This document shows, one piece after another, positions 15,954 to 24,656 of a stretch of 28,452 nucleotides of DNA. Origin of the DNA: a virus. Taxonomy: Duplodnaviria > Caudoviricetes. A program made the position numbers and the translations under genes. The notes beneath the pieces are model-generated. The model was given only the letters and a program-made list of their open reading frames with translations, made no database searches and was not told where the DNA came from. The stretch lies in the IMG/VR virus record IMGVR_UViG_3300022666_000258, positions 1 through 28,452 of that record, one strand, 5' to 3'. Each line of letters starts with the position of its first letter. The first letter of the stretch is position 1.

Positions 15954-17536
15954 GCGGAGCGCGTATCGGCAGGACATATCTCAACCCCCGTTCCCAATCC
16001 GCTTACCACAAAGCCATGGGCTGCATGGTTTCCCGCGCCGGCGGCGGTTCCATGGGCACCATGTCCAACTGGTCGCCCCGCCGCGTCACCTGGCCGGAGG
16101 AAGCCCGCCAGCGCGAAGCGGTTGCCACCAGGGCCAACGATCTGGCGCTCAACAACGCCCATGCGGCGAGCCTTATAGATTCCATTTCCATCAACACTGT
16201 TGGCGTCGGCCTCTGGCCGCAGTCCAAACCCAACCACAAGCGCCTTGGCATCTCCGAACCCCAGGCCCGCGAAATCGGCGAGCAAATGGAATGGGAATTC
16301 GAGCAATGGTCCCGCGAGGCGGACGCCACAGGCGCGACCCCTGAGACCGCCACCGCCGACTTCTACGGCATCCAGTTCCAGAATATCTGGGGCATGATGG
16401 TCAACGGCGAATTCATCAACCTTCCCCTTATGCTCGATGTTCCCGGCCGCCGTTATTCCCTGGCCCTGCAGACCGTGGACCCCATCAGGCTCCGCACGCC
16501 CCTGGGCATGATTGCCGTCAGGGATCTGCGTGACGGCATCCGTTCCGGTGCGCGCGGCGAGCCCACGGGCTACTTCCTCGCCGACCCGGAGGACGGCCGA
16601 TTCAGCAACTCGCTGGACCTGCGGCAATTCCACGAGATAAAACCGGCCAGCGGGCACCGGCCCAACATCATCCACCGCTTCCACAAGAAGATGCCCGAAC
16701 AGAACCGGGGGCTCTCCATTCTCGGTCCCGGCATGAAGTTCTTCCGCGACATGTCCGACTATCTCGACTTCGAGCTGGTGGGCGCTATCGTAGCCGCCAG
16801 TTTCCCCGTCTTCATCAGTAAGGGCGCTTCGCAATATGACGCCGTCGAGCAGTTCGGACAAAAAACAACGGAGACCGACCCGACCTGCTACCAGGAGGTT
16901 GCGCCTGGCCAGGTCCTGTACGGCAATTATGGCGAAAAGCCGGAGATTCTCAAAAGCGACCGGCCGGGCAACTCGTTCCCGGTGTTCGTCGAGACCATCC
17001 TCCGGGCCGTGGGCGCCGCTGCCGGAATGCCCTACGAAGTCATCGCCAAGGACTTCAGCAAGACCAACTACTCCAGTGCGCGCGCCGCCCTCGAAGAGGC
17101 CTGGCGTGTGTTCGGCATGTACCAGGACTGGCTGGTGACCCGCTTCTGCCAGGTTGTTTGGTCCATGGTTTTCGAAGAAGCCTGGCTGCGCGGTTATATC
17201 CGTCTCCCCAAGGGCGCCCCGGATTTCTACCAGGCACGGGCCGAATGGACCGCCGCCAGCTGGGTCATGCCCGAACGCACCAACCTCGACCCGGTCAAGG
17301 AAATCACCGCCGCCATCCTCGGCAAACGGAACAACATGCTCACCGATGCCGAAAATGCGGCCAAGCGCGGCAAGGACTGGGAGTCCATCTACGAGCAGCG
17401 GGCCAGGGAGAGGAAAAAGGCCAGGGAGCTGGAGCTCCCGGACGACGGCGACGCGAGCAAGCCGACCGTTACCAGGTCCTCCACCGCGGCGGACGAACCT
17501 CCCGCCGGAGACGATAGCAACCAGGAGGCCGCATGA
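15950..17536 (+). CDS. Portal protein, lambda family
   Basis: RANDLALNN; VGVG; DGI....GEPTGY; QNRG; NYSSAR; LDPVKE. Confidence 0.96.
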   Translation: MSGARIGRTYLNPRSQSAYHKAMGCMVSRAGGGSMGTMSNWSPRRVTWPEEARQREAVATRANDLALNNAHAASLIDSISINTVGVGLWPQSKPNHKRLGISEPQAREIGEQMEWEFEQWSREADATGATPETATADFYGIQFQNIWGMMVNGEFINLPLMLDVPGRRYSLALQTVDPIRLRTPLGMIAVRDLRDGIRSGARGEPTGYFLADPEDGRFSNSLDLRQFHEIKPASGHRPNIIHRFHKKMPEQNRGLSILGPGMKFFRDMSDYLDFELVGAIVAASFPVFISKGASQYDAVEQFGQKTTETDPTCYQEVAPGQVLYGNYGEKPEILKSDRPGNSFPVFVETILRAVGAAAGMPYEVIAKDFSKTNYSSARAALEEAWRVFGMYQDWLVTRFCQVVWSMVFEEAWLRGYIRLPKGAPDFYQARAEWTAASWVMPERTNLDPVKEITAAILGKRNNMLTDAENAAKRGKDWESIYEQRARERKKARELELPDDGDASKPTVTRSSTAADEPPAGDDSNQEAA

Positions 17537-18831
17537 GAAACCTGCGCATCGCGGAGCTGATTCTGAACCGCCCGCTCATGATATCCGAAGCCAAGCTCAA
17601 CACCATTCTGCACATTCTCGGGCCGCGCTTCAACCTCGACATGTCAGGCTTTCCGGAGGTGGAAGCCGCCCAGATAAGCGATCGCGAACGCTCCCGGGCC
17701 GGATACCGCGCTCAGGGCGGCCTGGGCGTCATCGGCATCCATGGCCCCCTGCTGCACCGGGTCCTGGCCTCCGAGTATCCCAGCGGCGGCCCTTCGAGCT
17801 ATTCCGATATCCGCCGGGCCTTCGACCTGGCCATGGTGGATGACGACGTGCAGTCCATCGTGCTGGACATCGATTCCCCAGGCGGGGAGGTATGCGGGGT
17901 TTTCGACCTGGCCGACCATATCTTCAACGCGAGGGGAACCAAGCCCATCACCGCGATTGTCAACGAATCCGCCTTTAGCGCCGCATATGCCCTGGCTTCA
18001 TCGGCGGACCGCATCATCCTGCCCCGCACCGGCGGGGTCGGCAGTATCGGGGTCATCGCCACCCATGCGGACCTGTCCCGGGCCGAAGAGTCCGCGGGCA
18101 TCACCGTCACCCATGTCTACGCCGGGGCCCGCAAGGCGGACTTTTCGCCCCATTCGCCCCTCTCTCCCGAGGCGCTCGGGGTGCTGCAGGAGAGCGTCAA
18201 CGACACATATGAGATGTTCGTCGACCTGGTTGCCCGGAACCGCCGCATAACCACCCAGGCGGTTCGGGAAACCGAGGCCGGCATCTATGAAGGCAAAAAG
18301 GCCGTAAGAGCAGGGCTCGCCGATGAAGTCGCCCCGGTGGACGCGGCCATGGCAAAAGCCCGGCGCCCGCGCGCCCGGCGCATCATATCCGCTCAGGCGG
18401 GGAAGGAGAACAAAACGATGACGATTGAAGAATTGAGAAACGAAAACCCCGGCCTGGTGGCTGAAATAGAACAGGCCGCCCGGTCGGGCATGGTGGCTCA
18501 GGCCGCCGCGACCCAGGCCACGGCTGAAGCCGTAGCGGCTGAACGGTCCCGCATCCTGGAGCTGCACGCAGCCACCCACGGCGAAGAGGCAGGCGACAAG
18601 TTCGCCGCCGTGGTCTCTGCCGGGCTCGACGCCGGCCAGGCAAAGGCCCTGGGGATCACCATCGGGGCGGCGGCAACCCTCGAAACCACCCTCGACGAGG
18701 CCTCCCGCGCAGCCATCCTGCAGGGGCTCAAGGATGCAGCTCCGGCAGGGCTGAAAGGCGCACTGCCCGCGGGCGAGCAGGCGGAACGCGCCGCGGCCGT
18801 TTCGGCCATTGCCGCCGGAGGCAGCAGGTAA
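17533..18831 (+). CDS. S49-family prohead protease (gpC-like)
   Basis: LDIDSPGG; SAAYALAS; GSIGV; AGARK; GLAD. Confidence 0.95.
   Translation: MRNLRIAELILNRPLMISEAKLNTILHILGPRFNLDMSGFPEVEAAQISDRERSRAGYRAQGGLGVIGIHGPLLHRVLASEYPSGGPSSYSDIRRAFDLAMVDDDVQSIVLDIDSPGGEVCGVFDLADHIFNARGTKPITAIVNESAFSAAYALASSADRIILPRTGGVGSIGVIATHADLSRAEESAGITVTHVYAGARKADFSPHSPLSPEALGVLQESVNDTYEMFVDLVARNRRITTQAVRETEAGIYEGKKAVRAGLADEVAPVDAAMAKARRPRARRIISAQAGKENKTMTIEELRNENPGLVAEIEQAARSGMVAQAAATQATAEAVAAERSRILELHAATHGEEAGDKFAAVVSAGLDAGQAKALGITIGAAATLETTLDEASRAAILQGLKDAAPAGLKGALPAGEQAERAAAVSAIAAGGSR
18418..18831 (+). CDS. Nested in-frame scaffold protein (Nu3-like)
   Basis: Internal AAGGAG RBS before in-frame ATG 18418; Ala-rich helical sequence with AAERSRI. 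Confidence 0.7.
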   Translation: MTIEELRNENPGLVAEIEQAARSGMVAQAAATQATAEAVAAERSRILELHAATHGEEAGDKFAAVVSAGLDAGQAKALGITIGAAATLETTLDEASRAAILQGLKDAAPAGLKGALPAGEQAERAAAVSAIAAGGSR

Positions 18832-18893
18832 TAACGAAAACCAGCGGCCGGCAACTGACGGCTGGCGGCTAGAAAAACACGGAGGACAAACCA

Positions 18894-19244
18894 ATGACCG
18901 AAACATACACCCCTGACAAACTGCTCGCCGGGGATTATCCGGCGGTCACCGACATCGTAACCATCCTGGAAGGTGAGAACCTCGTGCGGGGCGCCTGCCT
19001 CGGCAAAATCACCGCTTCCGGAAAACATGTCATTGTCAACAGCGCCGGCGCCGACGACGGCCGCCGCGCCCCCGTCGCCATCCTGGCAGAGGACTGCGAC
19101 GCCTCGGAAGGCGATGCGCAGGCCCTGGTCTACCTTTCGGGCGCCTTCAATGAGTCGGCTGTTGTCTTCGGCGGCGCCGACACGGTGGCAACCCACCGGG
19201 CGGCTCTGCGGGACCTCAATATATACCTGAAAAAGCCGGCGTAA
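18894..19244 (+). CDS. Head decoration protein (gpD-like)
   Basis: PDKLLAG; RGACLGKITASGK; ILAED; Y.SGAFN; lies between protease and capsid. Confidence 0.92.
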   Translation: MTETYTPDKLLAGDYPAVTDIVTILEGENLVRGACLGKITASGKHVIVNSAGADDGRRAPVAILAEDCDASEGDAQALVYLSGAFNESAVVFGGADTVATHRAALRDLNIYLKKPA

Positions 19245-19280
19245 ACAGCCTGGCGAACCAATAACGGAGGTTACAAAACC

Positions 19281-20477
19281 ATGAAAAGAAATTATCTCTT
19301 CACCATCGCCACCTGGGGCCTGCTGCTGTTCGCCGCGGTCCTTTGTTTTCATCCCGCCCCGGCGCTTGCGGCGCGTACCGCCGGAGATGCATCCTGGCTT
19401 CCGCTCCTTGCCTTCGGCCTCATCGACATCTTTGAGACCAGAACCATGCTCGATGCCATCGAGCAGATGAAGCGGCCGTTCACCTTCTTGCGCGATACTT
19501 TTTTCAAGGCCGCCACTCCAGTTGAAACCGAAACGGTGGACGTCGACATCGTCAAGGGAAAGCGGCGCATGGCGCCCTTCTGTTCGCCCCTGTCCGAGGG
19601 CAAGCTGGTCGAAAACATGGGTTACAGCACCTCGACCATCAAGCCGGGCTACATCAAGCCGTTCAAAATCACCACAGCCGCCGACCTGCTCAAGCGTGCC
19701 CCCGGCCAGACCCTCTACTCCGGCGGTCAGACCATTGAGCAGCGCGCCCAGGTCAAGCTGGGCCAGGACCTGGCGGAGCTCATGGACATGATCGACCGGC
19801 GCGAGGAGTGGATGGCCGCCAAGGCCCTCGACCTCGGCAAGATCACCATGAAAATTAAGGGCGAGAGCGGGGATAAAACCGTCGAGGTAGATTTCCTCAT
19901 GCCGTCGACCCACAAAATCACCCTTTCCGGCGCCGACCTCTGGAGCGACACCGTCAACAGCGACCCGGTCGCCAAGCTCCAGTCCTGGGCCAGTCTCATC
20001 CGCCAGGACTCGGGCATCAACCCGACCGACGCAATTATGGGCGCAGACGCCGCCGCTGCTTTCATCAAGCATCCTGCGGTTCAGAAATACATGGACATGC
20101 GGGCTGTTGACATGGGCGAAATCAACCCTCGCCAGCTCCCGAACGGCGTCTCCTACGTCGGCCGCCTGAAGGCGCCCGGCCTTACCGTCGATATCTGGAC
20201 CTACGAGGAATGGTACATCGACGAGGATACCGGCACAGAGTCTCCCATGGTCCCGGCCAAGAAGGTCTGGATGGGCAGCGCCAACACCGCCAACCGCACC
20301 CTGTATGCGGTTATCCAGGACATGGAAGCCATCGAGGAAGGTTCGGCAGCGGTCAGCCGCTTCCCGAAATCGTGGGTTCCGAAAAATCCGTCGGCTCGTC
20401 ACCTCATGGTCCAGTCCGCCCCGCTGGTGGCCCTGCTCCAGCCTGACGCATTCGTTTCCGCTCAGGTCCTGTCGTAA
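19281..20477 (+). CDS. Major capsid protein (gpE family) with an N-terminal signal-peptide-like extension
   Basis: FLRDTFF; MAPF.SP; RREEWMAA.AL..G; VQSAPL; GGAGG RBS. Confidence 0.95.
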   Translation: MKRNYLFTIATWGLLLFAAVLCFHPAPALAARTAGDASWLPLLAFGLIDIFETRTMLDAIEQMKRPFTFLRDTFFKAATPVETETVDVDIVKGKRRMAPFCSPLSEGKLVENMGYSTSTIKPGYIKPFKITTAADLLKRAPGQTLYSGGQTIEQRAQVKLGQDLAELMDMIDRREEWMAAKALDLGKITMKIKGESGDKTVEVDFLMPSTHKITLSGADLWSDTVNSDPVAKLQSWASLIRQDSGINPTDAIMGADAAAAFIKHPAVQKYMDMRAVDMGEINPRQLPNGVSYVGRLKAPGLTVDIWTYEEWYIDEDTGTESPMVPAKKVWMGSANTANRTLYAVIQDMEAIEEGSAAVSRFPKSWVPKNPSARHLMVQSAPLVALLQPDAFVSAQVLS

Positions 20478-20481
20478 TAAC

Positions 20482-20504
20482 AGGGCGGTCTCCAGGCCGC
20501 CCTT
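20482..20504 (+). terminator. GC hairpin after the capsid gene (weak terminator or stabiliser)
   Basis: AGGGCGGTC-TCCA-GGCCGCCCT; no real U-tract. Confidence 0.45.
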
Positions 20505-20533
20505 GACCCGATTACCGCGAAGGGAGACCGACC

Positions 20534-20845
20534 ATGTCGAAAATCGTGAAAAAAAAGCTCATCGCCGTGGGGCGCATAGAAGCCGACGGCAGGATCTACA
20601 ACCCTGGAGATCAGCTTGAACGCGAGGAAAGCGAAGCCTTGCGGCTCATCGGACTTGACGCGGCCCGGCCGCCGGAACCGGGACAAACCACCCATCCGGG
20701 ACCGGAGCATTCGCAGGAGGATCTGCTCGCCAGAATTAAGGCAGCGTCCACCTACGAGGAAGTGCTCGCACTGATGCCTGAAGAAGAGCCTCCGGCGGAG
20801 ATTGCCGGCGCCTTCGAGGCGCGGCTGGAAGAGTTGAGAGGGTAA
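20534..20845 (+). CDS. Small head-associated protein (gpFI position)
   Basis: I..DG.IY.PGD......EA.RL...A pattern typical of genes after the capsid gene. Confidence 0.65.
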   Translation: MSKIVKKKLIAVGRIEADGRIYNPGDQLEREESEALRLIGLDAARPPEPGQTTHPGPEHSQEDLLARIKAASTYEEVLALMPEEEPPAEIAGAFEARLEELRG

Positions 20846-20849
20846 CCCC

Positions 20850-21122
20850 ATGACCCTGGACCAGCAGTCACTTCAAACCGTAGTCGTATTGTTCGGAGGC
20901 ATGGTCATCTACCGGGTGACGGAACTGATCATCAATACCGTCTATCGCAAGATAACCGGCGATTGCTATGTCACCAAGAGCGATTACGACCAGGGCAAGT
21001 CCGCCGCCGTCGCCGCATCGAAAGCGCTGCAGGAAGAGATGGCTATCATGCGCGGGATACTACTGGTGGTCGCGGTGAAGGTCGGCGTCGATGATCGCGA
21101 CCTGAAGAAGCTGGTGGAATGA
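20850..21122 (+). CDS. Holin-like membrane protein
   Basis: N-terminal TM segment followed by a coiled region; 90 aa. Confidence 0.5.
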   Translation: MTLDQQSLQTVVVLFGGMVIYRVTELIINTVYRKITGDCYVTKSDYDQGKSAAVAASKALQEEMAIMRGILLVVAVKVGVDDRDLKKLVE

Positions 21123-21125
21123 CTG

Positions 21126-21218
21126 ATGGGCTACTGCATAATCATCGAGGGCGAATGTCCGGCCTCGGACGACGCCCTCAAATGCGCCAAACACACCTGT
21201 CCGGAAGGGAAAGGGTAG
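21126..21218 (+). CDS. 30-aa four-Cys peptide
   Basis: MGYCIIIEGECPASDDALKCAKHTCPEGKG; ATG 3 nt after the upstream stop. Confidence 0.4.
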   Translation: MGYCIIIEGECPASDDALKCAKHTCPEGKG

Positions 21219-21293
21219 GGGCCTGCCCGAAAACCCGCTCAGAAGCGAAATTTGGAAGCCGGTTTCAACTGCTTGAACATAAAGGAGAATATC

Positions 21294-21461
21294 ATGAAAA
21301 ACCTGAAAACCACATTGGCCGGTATGGTAACCGGGGCGGCGCTCATATATGCCGGCATCAAGTCGGGGAACAATGAATTGATACTCGCCGGGATAGCGGC
21401 AATCGCACAGGGCCTGGCGGCAAAGGACAACAATGGCGCCGGCGGGACCGTCGCGCAATAG
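21294..21461 (+). CDS. Small two-TM holin-like protein
   Basis: AAGGAG RBS; KTTLAG...GLAAKD.N. Confidence 0.65.
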   Translation: MKNLKTTLAGMVTGAALIYAGIKSGNNELILAGIAAIAQGLAAKDNNGAGGTVAQ

Positions 21462-21470
21462 GAGGAGAAA

Positions 21471-22049
21471 ATGAAGCATGTGAAACGATTCCCGGCAATC
21501 ATCCTTTCCGCCCTGATCATTCTCGGTCTTGCCGCCTGCTCTCCGCCGCTCCGGGAGGAGTCCGGCGCTCGTGAGGCCGGCGTCTTCAGCCTGGCCTGTT
21601 ACGATGCTTCCGGGCATCTGAAATGGGCGGAGACCGCCCACAACGCCCTTGCCGACGAAGGGGAGCAACTCTTTCTGGATGTCGTCCTACGCGGCGCGAC
21701 CGCTCCGGCGAATACCTATCTGAGGCTTTACAACGATACCCCTGCTGAAACGGACACATTATCCACCCTGACCGGAGAGCCTTCCGGTAGCGGTTATTCC
21801 GCCCAGGCGTTAACGTCCAACGCTACCGGCTGGCCGGCACTGGCCCTGGACAGCGGCGATTATATGGCGGCCAGCGCAACGAAGACCTTCACGGCGGCCG
21901 GCGGGACCATCGGCCCGGTCACGTATCTGGTTCTGGCTACCACCTCCGACAATACCGGCAAGCTGGTCAGTTACGCGCCGCTATCTACCTCCCGCACACT
22001 CAATGACGGCGACTCCCTCCAGGTAACCTACCGGGTGAAACAACAGTGA
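21471..22049 (+). CDS. Virion fibre/structural protein with a lipoprotein signal peptide
   Basis: LGLAAC lipobox; G.F...D..G..KW....N...EG, YL.L, EPSG.GYS.Q, SRTL..GDSL.VTY structural pattern. Confidence 0.75.
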   Translation: MKHVKRFPAIILSALIILGLAACSPPLREESGAREAGVFSLACYDASGHLKWAETAHNALADEGEQLFLDVVLRGATAPANTYLRLYNDTPAETDTLSTLTGEPSGSGYSAQALTSNATGWPALALDSGDYMAASATKTFTAAGGTIGPVTYLVLATTSDNTGKLVSYAPLSTSRTLNDGDSLQVTYRVKQQ

Positions 22050-22083
22050 CAGTTTCCCTATGCGTGGAATACAAGGAGAGAAC

Positions 22084-22494
22084 GTGAAACGGTATTATCT
22101 ATGCCCCATTATCGGCGCCGGAACGGACCTGGATCCCTACCGCCTCGCAATCCAGGATTATCCCGACACCCCTTTCGAGATGGGGGAAATACCGGTCGAT
22201 CCTGAAACCGGAATCCCCACGGTGAAATGGGGCCTCGTGCTGGTGGGCGGCAAGTATCACGGAAAGTTCGTGAAGGATGCGCACATGAAGCCCCTGCCGG
22301 ATTATCCATTGGACGGCAAAGTTTCCGGTATCCATACGCTGACGAAAAACAAAATGCTCTCCGACATGGAAAGTCTCGGCATAGACACGGCGTTTGTGGG
22401 TAATGCGGACGGCTACCGCGAGGTGATAAGGGGCCTCGGCCGGCAAATCAACCCCGGTTTCGACGAGAACGACTTTGACGTAAACGAAAGCTGA
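22084..22494 (+). CDS. Hypothetical virion-module protein
   Basis: AAGGAG RBS with GTG start; lies in the fibre cluster. Confidence 0.7.
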   Translation: MKRYYLCPIIGAGTDLDPYRLAIQDYPDTPFEMGEIPVDPETGIPTVKWGLVLVGGKYHGKFVKDAHMKPLPDYPLDGKVSGIHTLTKNKMLSDMESLGIDTAFVGNADGYREVIRGLGRQINPGFDENDFDVNES

Positions 22495-22503
22495 GAGGGG
22501 CGG

Positions 22504-23520
22504 ATGGGATCGTTTGTCACGGACAATTTCAACGGCAGCGAAGGCGATGCCCTGGAGACCTATCAACCCGACTGGACACGCCATGGCAGCTATTATGGCT
22601 ACGCGGAAATCGCGGCGAACCGCGTCCGGCCGGCATCCACATCGTCTCCCTGTTATTACCGCACGGCAACCCCTCCGGCGGCCGACTATGAAGTGATCGC
22701 GGATGTGCATATCGCTACCGATTCCGGCAACTATATCGCCGATGTGTGCGGCCGCATCAACACCTCCGCCAAAACGATGTATCTGGCCAGTTGTTACGGG
22801 TCCGCGGCAAGCGGCGGCTGGCGGTTGCGAAAAGTTGTGGCGGGAACGGTTACGCAGCTCGGCACTACGGTCACATCTCCCACGAGATCAGCCGGGTCCA
22901 CATACCGCTTGAAGCTGAAAATGTCCGGCGACCAGATATCGCTGTACGTTGACGGCGCCCTGGTTATCGGTCCCATAACCGACACCGCCATAACCGCGGC
23001 GGGCAAGGCCGGCATACAGTTTTACTCGGCTGCTTCTCCATCCGGCACAGTGGGCTATCACCTCGATAATTTCGACGCGACCGACGGTGTGTCCGGCGCC
23101 ACCTACACCGAAACACTCACCGACACGGCCGTTACCCTGGCAACGCTGGCCGACCTCGCGGCCCGCGTGGAGTCGCTGCAAACCGTTATCCAGTCCGGGA
23201 CCGCGGCAACGGATACTCTTCTGAGCGGCGCGATCGAGGACATCCTTACCATAGCGGCGGCGAGCGCTACAGAGACGGACGCGCAGACCATGCGCGAAAC
23301 CCTTTTCGCCCTCGCCCAGGCGGGCGCCAGCGTGGCGGAACTCGGCGCGTTTATCGAGCGGGCGTTGATCACGGCGGCCGTGACGGCCAGCGTCTCGGAC
23401 GCGATCATCGGCGCCTTCACCGGCGTCTACGTGCGCGGGGCTACGGTCGCCGCCCGGACGTTCTCCGGCTGCGTCCGGCCACGCTCATTCAGGCAGGAGG
23501 TCCGGCCATGTCCATGCTGA
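22504..23520 (+). CDS. Fibre/spike protein with a lectin-like beta-sandwich and an Ala/Thr-rich stalk
   Basis: TDNF...YRLKL...G.QISLYVDG...TD.....GKAGI...LDNF; repetitive T/A-rich C-terminal half. Confidence 0.7.
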   Translation: MGSFVTDNFNGSEGDALETYQPDWTRHGSYYGYAEIAANRVRPASTSSPCYYRTATPPAADYEVIADVHIATDSGNYIADVCGRINTSAKTMYLASCYGSAASGGWRLRKVVAGTVTQLGTTVTSPTRSAGSTYRLKLKMSGDQISLYVDGALVIGPITDTAITAAGKAGIQFYSAASPSGTVGYHLDNFDATDGVSGATYTETLTDTAVTLATLADLAARVESLQTVIQSGTAATDTLLSGAIEDILTIAAASATETDAQTMRETLFALAQAGASVAELGAFIERALITAAVTASVSDAIIGAFTGVYVRGATVAARTFSGCVRPRSFRQEVRPCPC

Positions 23521-23810
23521 CCAAAACCCCCTACGAGGAATTCTTCCGCTATCACCAGTTCCGGCGGAGTGACGGCCTGGGCTGGCTGAACAGCGATGAA
23601 ACGCTTCTGTCCGCTTCCGTGGTCGTCATGGATGCCAACGGCGCGGACCGTTCGGCGGAGATGGTTTCCGGCGCCGCCGTCTACGGCGCCGATTCGGTCA
23701 TCTATAAGCTGAAGGGCGGAACCGCGGGAGAGGTCTACAACATCGGCGTCAGGGCGGTGACCAGCAACGGGCAGAAGTTCGAGGACGGACTGATGCTGAA
23801 GGTGGTCTGA
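23508..23810 (+). CDS. Putative fibre adaptor protein
   Basis: K.P.E...ET..SA.V...LKGGT.G..Y....TS.G..FE pattern; AGGAGG RBS. Confidence 0.65.
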   Translation: MSMLTKTPYEEFFRYHQFRRSDGLGWLNSDETLLSASVVVMDANGADRSAEMVSGAAVYGADSVIYKLKGGTAGEVYNIGVRAVTSNGQKFEDGLMLKVV

Positions 23811-23822
23811 AGGGGAGGAGAA

Positions 23823-24149
23823 ATGAGTTTCCGCGACATGGTGACAGCGACAAACCCGGCGTTCATCGCTGCCTTCGGCGAACCGGTGGAGTTTACAGCC
23901 GGGGCATGTGTCATTCGGATGGATGCCATAGTCAACATCGCCGAGCGCGTGCCGTGGCCTATCGACTGCGAAGATCAGACAGTCCTGAAATCACTGGATT
24001 GCGACCCGCGAGACGCCGCATGGCTCACGGACGATCTGATACCCCTGTGGCGGGTCGTAGCGCGCGGCAAGGCATACAACATCGCCGCCGTTGAGCGCAA
24101 CGAGATGACCACGATCTATCTGGCCGACATCCTTCCGGAGGAAGATTGA
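23823..24149 (+). CDS. Head closure protein (gpFII-like)
   Basis: MSF.D.......FGEPV.F...G..Y.I; GGAGGAG RBS; gene position. Confidence 0.65.
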   Translation: MSFRDMVTATNPAFIAAFGEPVEFTAGACVIRMDAIVNIAERVPWPIDCEDQTVLKSLDCDPRDAAWLTDDLIPLWRVVARGKAYNIAAVERNEMTTIYLADILPEED

Positions 24150-24565
24150 TGCTCATCAGGGAGATAAAGACCGCCGTCAAGGAGCGCCTGCGAGACCATA
24201 TCACAAGCGCCTCCATCATGGATTACCCCGACCAGCCCGACACCTACGCCATGAGGAGCGCCACGGCGGAACTGCTGGTGCATTATCTGGAGTCCGAGGG
24301 CGGGAAAAACCGCCGCGTGTCCATGGGGGTCGTGGTGTTAACGCACACCCAGGCCGCTAACGACCGCTATCTTGCCGCCGCGCTGGCGGTCCTGAACGGT
24401 TTCCGCATAGGCGGCGCGCATGCCCTGGAGTATGTCGAGGACATGGCGCTCGGCTACGAGGCCAACACCTGGAAGACAATGATCAAGTTTTCCGTCGCCG
24501 CCCCGGTCCCGCCTGTGCAGGAGGGCCGGTTAAGCGATTATCTGAATACATTGGGGGTCACGTAA
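24149..24565 (+). CDS. Tail terminator protein (Mu gp37/gpU-like)
   Basis: I..A...RL; YPD.P..Y; LLVHY; L.GF; lies before the tail tube gene. Confidence 0.65.
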   Translation: MLIREIKTAVKERLRDHITSASIMDYPDQPDTYAMRSATAELLVHYLESEGGKNRRVSMGVVVLTHTQAANDRYLAAALAVLNGFRIGGAHALEYVEDMALGYEANTWKTMIKFSVAAPVPPVQEGRLSDYLNTLGVT

Positions 24566-24569
24566 CGAC

Positions 24570-24634
24570 GTAGGGGCGATCCTCGTGATTGCCCGGACAC
24601 ATCAAACCAGGGCGATCACAAGGATCGCCCCTGC
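24570..24634. repeat. GTAG-family REP doublet (REPIN-like)
   Basis: GTAGGGGCGATCCTCGTGATTGCCC and an inverted copy with 3 mismatches, 15-nt spacer. Confidence 0.8.
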
Positions 24635-24656
24635 AAGGACAAGGAGGTAACACACC

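Noticed and set aside
18498-20402. 634-aa minus-strand ORF (likewise 13496-14563, 15803-16861 and 25840-26940)
   Set aside because: Antisense shadows of GC-rich structural genes with no motifs
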